DNA of 64,000 nt, taken from assembly GCA_964633875.1 (NCBI GenBank), contig CAZWKL010000001.1, forward strand, positions 117,530 to 181,529. Reading direction: 5' to 3'. Shown piece by piece: positions 38,275 to 47,961 of the stretch. Within the stretch, counting starts at the first letter, position 1, and each line of letters begins with the position of its first letter. The position numbers were made by a program, and so were the translations under genes. This DNA is from an uncultured Pseudomonadales bacterium. GTDB taxonomy: Bacteria > Patescibacteriota > Microgenomatia > UBA1400 > PJMF01. Under the pieces are notes generated by a model. It was not told the origin of the DNA. It saw nothing but the letters and a program-made list of their open reading frames with translations, and made no database searches.

Positions 38275-38829
38275 ATGACATTCAACTTTAATGAATTTAC
38301 AGATAAGGCAGAAAAAACTCTCGTCCATGTCAGGCAGGACCTTGGCACTTTGAGAACCGGCAGAGCCACAGCCCAGTTGCTTGATCCGGTCACAGTTGAA
38401 GCCTATGGCACCAGCATGAAAATAGGTGAGGTGGCCACCGTTCAAGCTCCTGATTCAACACTGTTGGTTGTTAGTCCTTGGGATAAATCCTTGATGGAAA
38501 ACATTGAAAAAGGCATCGCCAAAGCTGGCTTGAATCTCAATCCGGTCGTCAGTGGCGATGTGATCAGGATCGCGGTACCACCGCTCACAGAGGAAAAACG
38601 CCGGGAAATGGTCAAGCTGCTGCAAAAGAAAATTGAAGCTGGCAGAGTGATGCTTAGAAACATTAGAGCCGCCACCAAGCAAGACATTGAAGATCAAAAA
38701 GGAGCAGAGGGAGTGAGTGAAGACGATATTAAGCGTGATTTGCAAGATCTTGATAAAAAGTTGCAAAATTATATAGACCAACTCGATCAGCTCGAGTCTT
38801 CCAAAGAGCAAGAACTAATGACCGTCTAG
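38275..38829 (+). CDS. frr: Ribosome recycling factor
   Basis: LRTGRA, VEAYG, SPWDK, PPLTEEKR, LRNIR. Confidence 0.97.
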   Translation: MTFNFNEFTDKAEKTLVHVRQDLGTLRTGRATAQLLDPVTVEAYGTSMKIGEVATVQAPDSTLLVVSPWDKSLMENIEKGIAKAGLNLNPVVSGDVIRIAVPPLTEEKRREMVKLLQKKIEAGRVMLRNIRAATKQDIEDQKGAEGVSEDDIKRDLQDLDKKLQNYIDQLDQLESSKEQELMTV

Positions 38830-38842
38830 GAATGAAGGATTT

Positions 38843-39985
38843 ATGTTTGCCGTAATTGCATTTATTTTAATTCTATCTTTTTTAGTTTTTATCCACGAAC
38901 TGGGACATTTTCTGGCGGCCAAAAAATCAGGAGTGATTGTGGAAGAGTTTGGCATTGGTTATCCTCCCAGAGCGATTAAACTTTTCACCTGGAAAGAAAC
39001 GGTTTTTACTCTCAATTACATTCCTTTTGGTGGTTTTGTGCGCCTGGCAGGCGAGCAAGCTGAGTACGAAGAAGTACACACCAAGGCAGAAAGGGAGAAA
39101 TTCAAAAAAACTGATCAGGGCAAGTTTTACGCGGCTGCTACGCCGCAAAAGCTTTTGATTTTATTGGCCGGCGCGGCCTTTAACTTAATTTTTGGCCTTT
39201 TGGCTTTTACTTTCATTTACTCTCATTTGGGCATTCCCGAACCAATTAGTACCCCTCGCATTGGAGCGGTCATGCCTGATACGCCGGCAGCTGAAGCCGG
39301 TATGAGAGAAGGAGTGGAAATTTTACATATCAAAGCTGATGAAGTCACTCACTTAGTTAGCACCCCGGAACAAGTAGTAGATCTTGTGGCCGAAAATTCA
39401 GGCAAAACGGTCACAATTATGACTACTGGCAACTGCGAAGGATTTTCTTGTGCTGAATCTCTGGAAAGTTACGAAATTTACTTAAGGACAGAAGCGGAAA
39501 CTCCGGAAGGCCAAGGCTCCATGGGGATTATTTTCCAGCCGACAGCATTTATTGAATACCCCTGGTGGCAAATGCCTTTCAAAAGCGCCTGGTATGGTTT
39601 GCAGCAAACTGTTTTTTTGAGCGAGCAGATTTTAATCGCTCTAGGCAGTATGATGAGCGATTTGATTTTTGGCGGCGAAGTGCCCCGGGATGTGGCCGGT
39701 CCAATCGGCATTGTTCATCAAGCTTCCACTGCCGGTATCTTTGCCGACGGCTTTGTTACGATCTTGTCTTTTGCGGCCATGCTTTCGATTAATTTGGCCA
39801 TTATGAACGTTTTACCGATTCCTCCTCTTGATGGCGGCAGAGCGGTCTTTATAGTTTTTCAAAGTTTTGTCAGTGAAAAGTACGCTAAGCCACTTGAATA
39901 TTACCTCAATTATGGTGGATACTTCTTATTACTGGTTTTAATTGTATTGATCACAGCCAGAGATATCTGGAGGATTTTTGGATAA
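38843..39985 (+). CDS. rseP: Site-2 protease RseP (M50) with PDZ domain
   Basis: HELGH, FGIGYPP, PFGGFV, AGPIGI, NVLPIPPLDGG. Confidence 0.94.
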   Translation: MFAVIAFILILSFLVFIHELGHFLAAKKSGVIVEEFGIGYPPRAIKLFTWKETVFTLNYIPFGGFVRLAGEQAEYEEVHTKAEREKFKKTDQGKFYAAATPQKLLILLAGAAFNLIFGLLAFTFIYSHLGIPEPISTPRIGAVMPDTPAAEAGMREGVEILHIKADEVTHLVSTPEQVVDLVAENSGKTVTIMTTGNCEGFSCAESLESYEIYLRTEAETPEGQGSMGIIFQPTAFIEYPWWQMPFKSAWYGLQQTVFLSEQILIALGSMMSDLIFGGEVPRDVAGPIGIVHQASTAGIFADGFVTILSFAAMLSINLAIMNVLPIPPLDGGRAVFIVFQSFVSEKYAKPLEYYLNYGGYFLLLVLIVLITARDIWRIFG

Positions 39986-40215
39986 TGGCAAAAAAAAGAA
40001 CCAAAAAACAAAAAATTACTGCCAAACATCAAGTGCCGCTCTCCTTTGAATTGCCGACGACAGATACTCCGAGGGCAAGTCGTGAACCATCTATTGCCGA
40101 GATTGCTTCTACGGGCGAAAAGGTTTATTTAATCAAAAATGACTTGATTAAGACCTTGCTATTAACAGCATTTATGTTTATTCTGCTATTTGGCATTTAC
40201 ATATTCATACGCTAG
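39985..40215 (+). CDS. Small protein with C-terminal TM
   Basis: ATG overlaps the rseP stop; basic N-terminus; DLIKT + TM. Confidence 0.7.
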   Translation: MAKKRTKKQKITAKHQVPLSFELPTTDTPRASREPSIAEIASTGEKVYLIKNDLIKTLLLTAFMFILLFGIYIFIR

Positions 40216-40256
40216 AATAAATTGCATTCCTACTGCAGATAATTAAAGGAGAAGTA

Positions 40257-41441
40257 ATGAATAAAAAAACCCTGCTCATTTCACTTGGAATTTATCTTCT
40301 GAGTTCAATCGCGTCTTATGCCGTTTTTTCTAACCTGGGAAGCGCTGTTCAAGTAATTGAAAATGATCCTAGTCTCTTAGATCAAGATACTCAACTAGGA
40401 GCTCTTTTGAACATCGACCCCAATGAGCCCAGAGATCAAACTTGTCCGCTTAATGGAACTTTGTACACTCAAACTGAGCGCAATGCTTGGGAAAAACGCC
40501 GCCCATTGGCGGTAATGATTGAAAATTCTCCTGATGCCAGACCTCAGTCTGGTTTGTCGAGAGCAGATGTGGTTTTTGAAGCCATCGCGGAAGGCGGCGT
40601 TACTCGCTTTATGGCCATGTATTATTGTGCCGCTCAGCGTTACGACACCACCATTGCGCCGGTTCGCTCGGCCAGAACTTACTTTGTTGATTGGGCATCA
40701 GGATTTAACCTGCCCATGTACGTGCATGTTGGTGGAGCCAACACTCCTGGACCAACCAACGCCTTGGGTCAAATTAATGATTACGGCTGGGCGTTGCAAA
40801 ATGACATCAATCAGTTTTCTGTTGGTTATCCCACTTTCATTAGAAACGCTGCGCGCTTGGGAAGACAAGTAGCCACCGAGCACACCATGGAAACTACGTC
40901 AGAAAAGCTCTGGGCGGTGGCAGCAGACAGAGGTTGGACCAATATGACTCCAGCCAGGACAGTGGCTGGCAGAGCTGCAGCCGCGACCGATTGGGCAGAT
41001 GGTTTCACACCTTGGCAATATCAAGATTCCGTCCCCGCTTCCGGCAGTGTGAGAACAATTGCTCATGATTTTTGGTCCGGTTACAATCAGTACTCAATTA
41101 GATGGGAATACAATCCGGAAAACAACACCTACGCCAGATTTATGGGTGGCGAAGCTCACCTGGATCTCAACAATGATAGCCAGATTGAGGCAGCTAACGT
41201 CATTGTGCTGTTAGCCACTGAGAGAGGTCCGCTCAATGAACTCAAGCACATGCTTTACCAAACCACCGGTACTGGCAGGGCTTTGATTTTCAAAAACGGC
41301 GATGTCGTAGAAGCCAGATGGTCCAAGCAGACCCGAACCGATGAACTCAAGTTTACCGATGCTCGAGGCACACCCGTTCCTCTTGCTCGCGGCATGGTGT
41401 GGATTTCTGTTGTCAGTGATGCCACCAAGGTAAATTACTAA
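40257..41441 (+). CDS. DUF3048 (YerB-like) exported protein
   Basis: RPLAVMIENSPDARPQSGL..AD.VFE..EGGVTR, PVRSAR. Confidence 0.9.
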   Translation: MNKKTLLISLGIYLLSSIASYAVFSNLGSAVQVIENDPSLLDQDTQLGALLNIDPNEPRDQTCPLNGTLYTQTERNAWEKRRPLAVMIENSPDARPQSGLSRADVVFEAIAEGGVTRFMAMYYCAAQRYDTTIAPVRSARTYFVDWASGFNLPMYVHVGGANTPGPTNALGQINDYGWALQNDINQFSVGYPTFIRNAARLGRQVATEHTMETTSEKLWAVAADRGWTNMTPARTVAGRAAAATDWADGFTPWQYQDSVPASGSVRTIAHDFWSGYNQYSIRWEYNPENNTYARFMGGEAHLDLNNDSQIEAANVIVLLATERGPLNELKHMLYQTTGTGRALIFKNGDVVEARWSKQTRTDELKFTDARGTPVPLARGMVWISVVSDATKVNY

Positions 41442-41478
41442 TTGAGTACAAAAATTACTTGGTTTACAATAGGGTCAT

Positions 41479-42081
41479 ATGGCAGAACTCCAAGATTTCA
41501 TGATTTCTCGTGTCAGAGTGAAAATGATCGAGCTTTTTTATTCGAACACGGAAGGAATGTTCTATGTCAGAGAAATTACCAGGCAAATCAAAGAAGAAAT
41601 CAACGCGGTTAGACGTGAGCTGGATCGGATGATTAGCAACGGGATTCTCAAGAGTGAACAACGCGGCAACAGACTTTACTATTATCTCAACAAGCGTTAC
41701 CCCTACTACAACGAAATCTTGCAGATGGTAGCTAAAAGCACCGGTTTGGGGCAAAAAATTCGTAAAATGCGCCGCAAATTGGGCAGAGTTTCTTTTGTGA
41801 TGTTTTCTCTGAAATTTCTTAAACACATCCCACCTAAGCAAGGTGAAGTAGATTTGTTGGTGGTTGGTGATGTGGTGCTACCGGAATTAGACTCGTTGAT
41901 CAAAAAAGAAGAGAAAAGTTTTGGCAGAGAGATCAATTACGCTGTTTTTGACGAGGAAGAGTTTGAGTTCCGTAAGACCCGCCGTGACCCGTTCATTATG
42001 GAAGTGCTGTATGGCAGCCGAGTAATGGTGATCGGCAGCGAAGAAGAGTTTGTGGAGCGCAAGATTCCTGGTATTGCTTAA
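41479..42081 (+). CDS. Winged-HTH protein with C-terminal degenerate nucleotidyltransferase-like domain
   Basis: FYVREITR..INAVRRELD..GNRLYY wHTH; VDLLVVG, REINYAVF..EF. Confidence 0.75.
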   Translation: MAELQDFMISRVRVKMIELFYSNTEGMFYVREITRQIKEEINAVRRELDRMISNGILKSEQRGNRLYYYLNKRYPYYNEILQMVAKSTGLGQKIRKMRRKLGRVSFVMFSLKFLKHIPPKQGEVDLLVVGDVVLPELDSLIKKEEKSFGREINYAVFDEEEFEFRKTRRDPFIMEVLYGSRVMVIGSEEEFVERKIPGIA

Positions 42082-42086
42082 ATAAT

Positions 42087-43505
42087 ATGACCAGTACGCA
42101 AAAAACTTTGGTATTGATTTATATTCTCACTTTACTTGGTGCCTTGATTGCTCTGCCGCGCCAACTCAATATTGGTTTGCCTTTTTCAATTCCTAGAGTT
42201 CCACGCGAGTTTACTATTGGCTCGCCAGTGATTGATTTTACCCTAGGCGGGAAGCGCTATTACAAAACTTTTGAGTTTAGGCAGGGCCTTGATATTCAGG
42301 GCGGTATGCAAGTAGTCTTGAAGGCGGACATGTCTGGTTTGGCTGAACAAGATCGCTTAACTGCGTTGCAGTCAGCCCGCGAAGTGATTTTAAGAAGAGT
42401 GGATTTGTACGGTATTACCGAGCCAACCGTGCAAACTGCCATTTCCGGAGATGAGTACCGGCTGTTGGTGTCACTGCCCGGCGTGGATGACCCGCAGGAA
42501 GCATTGCGGTTGGTCGGCCAGACTGCTCAGTTGGATTTTAGATTGCTGAAGGAAGCTCCTCCTGAAGAACTGCCTCAAGTCGAAGAAGGCAGTGAAGAAG
42601 CTGAAATTATTACTCAACCATCGGTGGAGTTAGTGCCAACTGGCTTAACCGGACAGCAGCTCAACCGTTCCAGCGTTCAGTTTGACCCCACCACGGGCGA
42701 GCCGGTGGTGATGCTTGATTTCAATGATGAAGGCAGGGAGCTTTTTGCTGATATTACCACCCAAAACACCGGCGAGTTACTGGGGATTTTTATTGATAAC
42801 GGTTTGCTGATGGCGCCGGTGATCAACCAGCCGATTATCAATGGTCAAGCCACCATCACCGGCGCCTTTACTCTCGACGAAGCCAAGCAACTCAACATTC
42901 AGCTCAACGCCGGCGCCTTGCCGATCCCGATTGAAGTGCTGGAGCAGAGAACGGTGGGCGCGAGTTTGGGGCAAGAGTACGTGGCGCAAAGTGTTGAGGC
43001 CGGGTTGATTGGTCTGGGGCTAGTGATGCTTTTTATGATCTTTTATTATGGCATTAAGGGTGTGATCGCCAGCATGGCTTTGGTAGTTTATGCGATTTTG
43101 ACTGCCGCTACTTACAAAATCTTTGGCGTAGTTTTGACTTTGCCGGGCATTGCTGGTTTGTTGCTTTCTATTGGTATGGCGGTGGATGCCAACATTCTCA
43201 TTTTTGAGCGCATGAAAGAAGAGCAGCGGGTGGGTAAGCCGTTTGCTCGGGCGATGGAGCTGGGTTTTGGCAGAGCTTGGGATAGCATCAAAGATGCTAA
43301 TCTAGCGACGATTATTACCTCGCTGATTCTGATCAATCCTCTCAATTTCAACTTTTTGAATACCAGCGGCTTGGTGCGCGGTTTTGGTATTACCCTTTTT
43401 GTGGGGGTGCTGTTATCGCTTTTTACAGGCGTGGTAGTGACCAGAACTTTTATGCGAACTTTTCTCAAAGAAACTAAGTTGTCTACCAAGGAGGCGACAG
43501 CATGA
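42087..43505 (+). CDS. secD: Protein translocase subunit SecD
   Basis: GLDIQGG, LNAGALP, TLPGIAG, GMAVDANILIFER, DAN. Confidence 0.97.
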   Translation: MTSTQKTLVLIYILTLLGALIALPRQLNIGLPFSIPRVPREFTIGSPVIDFTLGGKRYYKTFEFRQGLDIQGGMQVVLKADMSGLAEQDRLTALQSAREVILRRVDLYGITEPTVQTAISGDEYRLLVSLPGVDDPQEALRLVGQTAQLDFRLLKEAPPEELPQVEEGSEEAEIITQPSVELVPTGLTGQQLNRSSVQFDPTTGEPVVMLDFNDEGRELFADITTQNTGELLGIFIDNGLLMAPVINQPIINGQATITGAFTLDEAKQLNIQLNAGALPIPIEVLEQRTVGASLGQEYVAQSVEAGLIGLGLVMLFMIFYYGIKGVIASMALVVYAILTAATYKIFGVVLTLPGIAGLLLSIGMAVDANILIFERMKEEQRVGKPFARAMELGFGRAWDSIKDANLATIITSLILINPLNFNFLNTSGLVRGFGITLFVGVLLSLFTGVVVTRTFMRTFLKETKLSTKEATA

Positions 43506-44386
43506 AAATCATGAAGTACCGGCCGGTCTTTTTCGCGATTTCGCTACTGGTTTTAATTCCCAGCCTTTATTTTTTAATCAGACATGGCTTACAACCAGCC
43601 ATTGATTTTGCCGGTGGCTCTTTGCTTGAGGTGAGAGTGGTTGAAGAAATTGAGTTTTCTCACGCCGAAGTGGAAGCAGTAGTTTCGGCTGTTTACGATG
43701 TTGATATGGTCCAGCCTATCAGCCATGACCAGTACTCGATTCAGGGCGATATTATTTCTAATGATCAAAAAGAGCAAGTTTTGGCTTTGCTGGCTGAGCG
43801 GTTTGGTGAAGTTGAGGAGCTGCGCTTTGAGTCGGTGGGAGCCACTGTCAGCCGGGAATTGTTAACTAAAACCATTACAGCGGTGATTTTAGTGGCCGGT
43901 ATCATTACTCTTTATGTTTGGCGGCAGTTTCATGAACTGAAATTTGGTATTTGTGCAATTTTGGCCATGTTCCATGATTCGTTGGTGTTGCTGGGCGCTT
44001 TTAGCATTTTGGGTTACTTTTATGGAGTTCAGGTTGATATTTTGTTTGTCACTGCCCTGCTAACCACGCTTTCTTTTTCCATTCATGACACTATTGTGGT
44101 TTATGACCGTATTCGTGAGTTGCTGGCGAAAAATAAGAACGTGCGCTTTGAGACTATCGTGAATACAGCCGTCATTGAAACTCTCGGTCGCTCAATTAAC
44201 AACTCGGTGACCATTATTGTTATGCTGGCGGCGCTGTTCATGCTGGGTGGCGAAACCATTCGCTGGTTCTCGCTGGCTCTCTTGATTGGAGCGGTGACTG
44301 GCACCTACTCTTCTACTTTTATTGCTGCTCCGCTTTTGCTTTTGTGGGATGATGTTCGTAGTAAGATAAGAAAGAGGAGGAGATAA
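43502..44386 (+). CDS. secF: Protein translocase subunit SecF
   Basis: IDFAGG, VGATVS.EL, HD, DTIVVYDRIRE, GTYSS.FIA. Confidence 0.97.
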   Translation: MKIMKYRPVFFAISLLVLIPSLYFLIRHGLQPAIDFAGGSLLEVRVVEEIEFSHAEVEAVVSAVYDVDMVQPISHDQYSIQGDIISNDQKEQVLALLAERFGEVEELRFESVGATVSRELLTKTITAVILVAGIITLYVWRQFHELKFGICAILAMFHDSLVLLGAFSILGYFYGVQVDILFVTALLTTLSFSIHDTIVVYDRIRELLAKNKNVRFETIVNTAVIETLGRSINNSVTIIVMLAALFMLGGETIRWFSLALLIGAVTGTYSSTFIAAPLLLLWDDVRSKIRKRRR

Positions 44387-44387
44387 A

Positions 44388-44585
44388 ATGACGGAAAAGA
44401 GATTTCCAGCATCAGAAATTGAAGGTGCGGAACAAGCGCAGAATAAAGATAAAAAAGGTTTAGCGGATAGACATGCAGCCAGAGTCGAGGCTGCTGAGGC
44501 AAGTGTTGAGGAATGGAGAAATCGGGACAAAGCTGCTTTTAAAGCGTCTGTAACTCCGCCTCCGCTTAGGCGTCAAAATCGCTAA
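44388..44585 (+). CDS. Small charged hypothetical protein
   Basis: GGAG SD, 1 nt after the secF stop; 3' end overlaps cca. Confidence 0.5.
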   Translation: MTEKRFPASEIEGAEQAQNKDKKGLADRHAARVEAAEASVEEWRNRDKAAFKASVTPPPLRRQNR

Positions 44586-46200
44586 TTATTTTTTTCGCCT
44601 CTTTCATCAGAGTTTCTTTCTGATTAAGTTGAGGATTTTCCAGAACCAGCTCAAAAAGTTGGTTTAAAACTTTGCCTACCTGCGGACCAGGCTGAAGATC
44701 AAAATTATCCATTAGATCATGGCCATCGATAGCCAAATCTCTGACCTCTAGCGGCTGGTTGAGTTGTTCGAGCATGCGCTGTTTCATTTCCTCAAGACGC
44801 CAGCTGGTTTTGCGTGCGCCGCTACCCAAGCGGTCTCCTTCACGCAGTTGCAAAATGTCATCAATATTTTCCAGGCCCACCTTGCGCATAAAACGCCGGA
44901 TTGAAGCATCGCTATTTTTCGGTTGATAGTAAAACATGTGATAGCGAACCAGAGTAAAAATCCGGTTTTGGTCCTTTTTGGAAAGCCTGAGGCGGGCGGC
45001 AATTTTTTTAGCTATTCTGGCACCCACCACTTCGTGGTTGTAAAAAGTAATGCTGCCGTCCGTTTCGTTGTAGGTCTGAGGTTTAGCGATATCGTGGAGT
45101 AAAGTGGCCAGTTTGACCACTGGATCGCTGGATGGGCACTCAGCCAAAGCGTCCAGACTGTGAGTCCAAACATCGGTAGTGTGGTGGCCGCCTTGTTCAA
45201 CACCTTTAGCCGCCAACAGCTCCGGCAAAATAATTTTCAGCAAGCCCGTGTCATCAAGCAGCTCAATGGCTGCTTTGGGATGATCACTGGCAATCATTTT
45301 CAAAAATTCCGCGCCAATTCGCTCCCAACTGATGTGCTCCAATAATTCCTGCTGCTTGATAATGGCTTCATAAGTTGAGTTGCCAATTTGCAGATTCAGT
45401 TGTACCGCCAGGCGCAAGGCCCGCAGGATGCGCAGAGCGTCTTCAGTAAATCTTTGTTCAGGATCGCCAACGGTGTTGATCATTCCGGCTGCCAGGTCGC
45501 GAAGACCATGGTGTGGGTCGATAATTTGGTATTGTTCCGGATTGAGGTTGATAAATTCTGAGTTTTCAGCTTCGTTTTCAGCTTCCGAAATTAATTGATC
45601 CAAGGACTCTGGTTTGATTTGCAGCGCCATGGCATTGATGGTGAAGTCGCGTCTCTCCAAATCTTCTTCTAGCGTTTGCCCCCAACTCACTGCTTCTGGG
45701 TGGCGGTGGTCGGCGTAAGCGCCGTCGGAGCGGTAGGTGGTAATTTCAAAATTTCTTTCTTGAGCGTTGATGGGCAGTTTGAAGTCATCGGGTTTTGGTA
45801 CGACTAAAGAATCATGGATTTTTGAGGCTGCTTCCAGGTTGATTAACTTTTGCTTGGCAGTAGCGCTGAGAATGTCTTCAACCGCTGGCTCAGGCAAGTT
45901 GAACTGGGCTCTCAAATCTTGCGGGGTGATCATAACTGTGCCGAACTGATTTTCGTAAAAAGCTTCAGGAAAAAGTTTGAGGATTTCTTCCGGCCTGGCG
46001 TTGGTGGTGAAGTCGTAGTCGTAGGGCGGCGCGGCCTCAATTTCGCCCGCGGTGGCTTGACCGGCGCTGTGTGTTTTCATCATGTTCACCAAAATATCCC
46101 GCACCGCGCCGCCAACAATATAAGCAGCAAAACCAGCATCCCGCAAAGCCCGCAAAATATAAAGCGGCTCCCGACTTAAAGTAATAGTATGCAATTCCAT
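44566..46200 (-). CDS. cca: CCA tRNA nucleotidyltransferase (class II) with HD domain
   Basis: VGGAVRD, DYDFTT, EITTYR, RRDFTINAM, EDALRILRA, LLHDIAK. Confidence 0.93.
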   Translation of the reverse strand: MELHTITLSREPLYILRALRDAGFAAYIVGGAVRDILVNMMKTHSAGQATAGEIEAAPPYDYDFTTNARPEEILKLFPEAFYENQFGTVMITPQDLRAQFNLPEPAVEDILSATAKQKLINLEAASKIHDSLVVPKPDDFKLPINAQERNFEITTYRSDGAYADHRHPEAVSWGQTLEEDLERRDFTINAMALQIKPESLDQLISEAENEAENSEFINLNPEQYQIIDPHHGLRDLAAGMINTVGDPEQRFTEDALRILRALRLAVQLNLQIGNSTYEAIIKQQELLEHISWERIGAEFLKMIASDHPKAAIELLDDTGLLKIILPELLAAKGVEQGGHHTTDVWTHSLDALAECPSSDPVVKLATLLHDIAKPQTYNETDGSITFYNHEVVGARIAKKIAARLRLSKKDQNRIFTLVRYHMFYYQPKNSDASIRRFMRKVGLENIDDILQLREGDRLGSGARKTSWRLEEMKQRMLEQLNQPLEVRDLAIDGHDLMDNFDLQPGPQVGKVLNQLFELVLENPQLNQKETLMKEAKKIISDFDA

Positions 46201-46263
46201 AGTCCGATTATAACTAAAGTTCTCCTATTGAGCGACCTGGGTTTTCCCAGTACTATAAGCTGC

Positions 46264-47961
46264 ATGAAGACTTGGAACTTACTCCACCAAGACACTCCCC
46301 AAACCATTGATGAAGTGATTAAAATTTTGCTCAAGAACCGGGGTATTGAAAATATTGATTCGTTTTTGAACGTCAAACACCCCGCGGATTTAACTTTGGC
46401 AGAAGTGGGCATCAACCAGCAGCAGATGAAAAAGGCTGTTAAAAGAATTATCAAAGCCCAAAAAACCGGCGAAAAAGTGCTGATTTTTGGCGATTATGAC
46501 GCTGATGGCATTTGTGCCACTGCTATTCTTTGGCTGACTCTTCACCACCTAAAAATCAATGCTTGGCCCTTTATTCCTCACCGTGGCAAGCATGGCTACG
46601 GTGTTTCTGATGCAGCCCTGGATGGAATTTTAAGCGAAAAAGAAAAACCGGCATTGATTATTACCGTAGACAATGGCATTGTTGCCCACAAATCTCTGGC
46701 CAGGTTGTTGGAGCAAGAAAAAATTGATGTCATTGTCACCGACCACCATCAACCGGAAACTGATAATGACAAGCCCGTATTTCCGCCCGCCACGGCCGTA
46801 GTCCATACTACTCAACTTTGCGGCGCAACGGTATCATGGCTGCTCTCAAGAGAACTTGATAAAGACTTGGCTATGGAACAGTTGGATTTGGCTGGTATTG
46901 CCACTATTGCCGACCAGGTTTCGCTAATTGGCGCTAACAGAAGTTTTGCCAAATTTGGTTTGGAGGCTTTAGCCAAGACAGAGAAAATAGGCTTGAATCA
47001 ACTCTTCCAGGCGGCGACAATCGAGAAAAAAAATATTTCCAGCGGCACGGTTGGTTTTAGTCTGGTGCCCAGAATTAATGCCATGGGTAGGCTTAAACAT
47101 GGTCTGGATGCTCTCAGACTTTTGTGTACCAACAGTCACAGTCAAGCCACCAACTTAGTCAAAATTTTAATGGAGACCAACATTGAGCGCCAAGACCTCA
47201 CCAACGAGCTGCTGGCAGACGCGATTTTGCAGGCAGAAAAACAAGCCAAGGAGCACCTCATTATTGTTTCTTCCCCCAACTATCATGAAGGAGTGATCGG
47301 CTTGATTGCCGGCCGGCTAATGGAAAAATATCACAAACCCGCCATCGCTTTGAGCCTTGATCACAACACCGCCAAAGCTTCCGCCAGAAGCGTTCCGGGC
47401 GTCAATATCACTGAACTGCTCCGGCAAGTTCAAGCCGATTTAATTGATGTCGGTGGCCATCCTTTAGCCGCTGGCTTTAGTGTAGAAGTAAAAAAACTGC
47501 CTCAGGTTAAGCAAAAACTAGCAGAAATTGCTTTGGTGGAAATTCCCGCTGAACTACTCCAACCAACCCTTGACATCGAACTGGAATTACCCTGGGAGTT
47601 GGTGGGCGAGGAACTAGTTGCCGCCACCGAAAAACTGGCTCCTTTTGGTCAAGACAACCCCAGACCATTTTTTTTGCTCAGCCACCTCAAGATTCTCAAT
47701 GTCATGAGTATGGGTAAGGAAAATAATCATTTGAAAATGGTGGTGGGCCAGCCGGAGGCTGCCAATCCAGCTACCAGCACTAAAACCCTCAATATTTTAG
47801 CCTGGCGCAGGGGACATTTGGCAAAAGATCTTCAGGAAGGCCAAATAGTATCGTTGGTGGGATCGTTGGAACTCAATCACTGGAACGGCAAAACTAGCGT
47901 ACAGATGGTGTTGAAAGAGTTAGCGGTTAATCAACCTTTTCCACCAATTGACGGGAATTAA
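46264..47961 (+). CDS. recJ: ssDNA-specific exonuclease RecJ
   Basis: GDYDADG, ITVDNG, TDHH, PRINAMGR, SARS, GGHPLAAG, PFGQDNP. Confidence 0.96.
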   Translation: MKTWNLLHQDTPQTIDEVIKILLKNRGIENIDSFLNVKHPADLTLAEVGINQQQMKKAVKRIIKAQKTGEKVLIFGDYDADGICATAILWLTLHHLKINAWPFIPHRGKHGYGVSDAALDGILSEKEKPALIITVDNGIVAHKSLARLLEQEKIDVIVTDHHQPETDNDKPVFPPATAVVHTTQLCGATVSWLLSRELDKDLAMEQLDLAGIATIADQVSLIGANRSFAKFGLEALAKTEKIGLNQLFQAATIEKKNISSGTVGFSLVPRINAMGRLKHGLDALRLLCTNSHSQATNLVKILMETNIERQDLTNELLADAILQAEKQAKEHLIIVSSPNYHEGVIGLIAGRLMEKYHKPAIALSLDHNTAKASARSVPGVNITELLRQVQADLIDVGGHPLAAGFSVEVKKLPQVKQKLAEIALVEIPAELLQPTLDIELELPWELVGEELVAATEKLAPFGQDNPRPFFLLSHLKILNVMSMGKENNHLKMVVGQPEAANPATSTKTLNILAWRRGHLAKDLQEGQIVSLVGSLELNHWNGKTSVQMVLKELAVNQPFPPIDGN

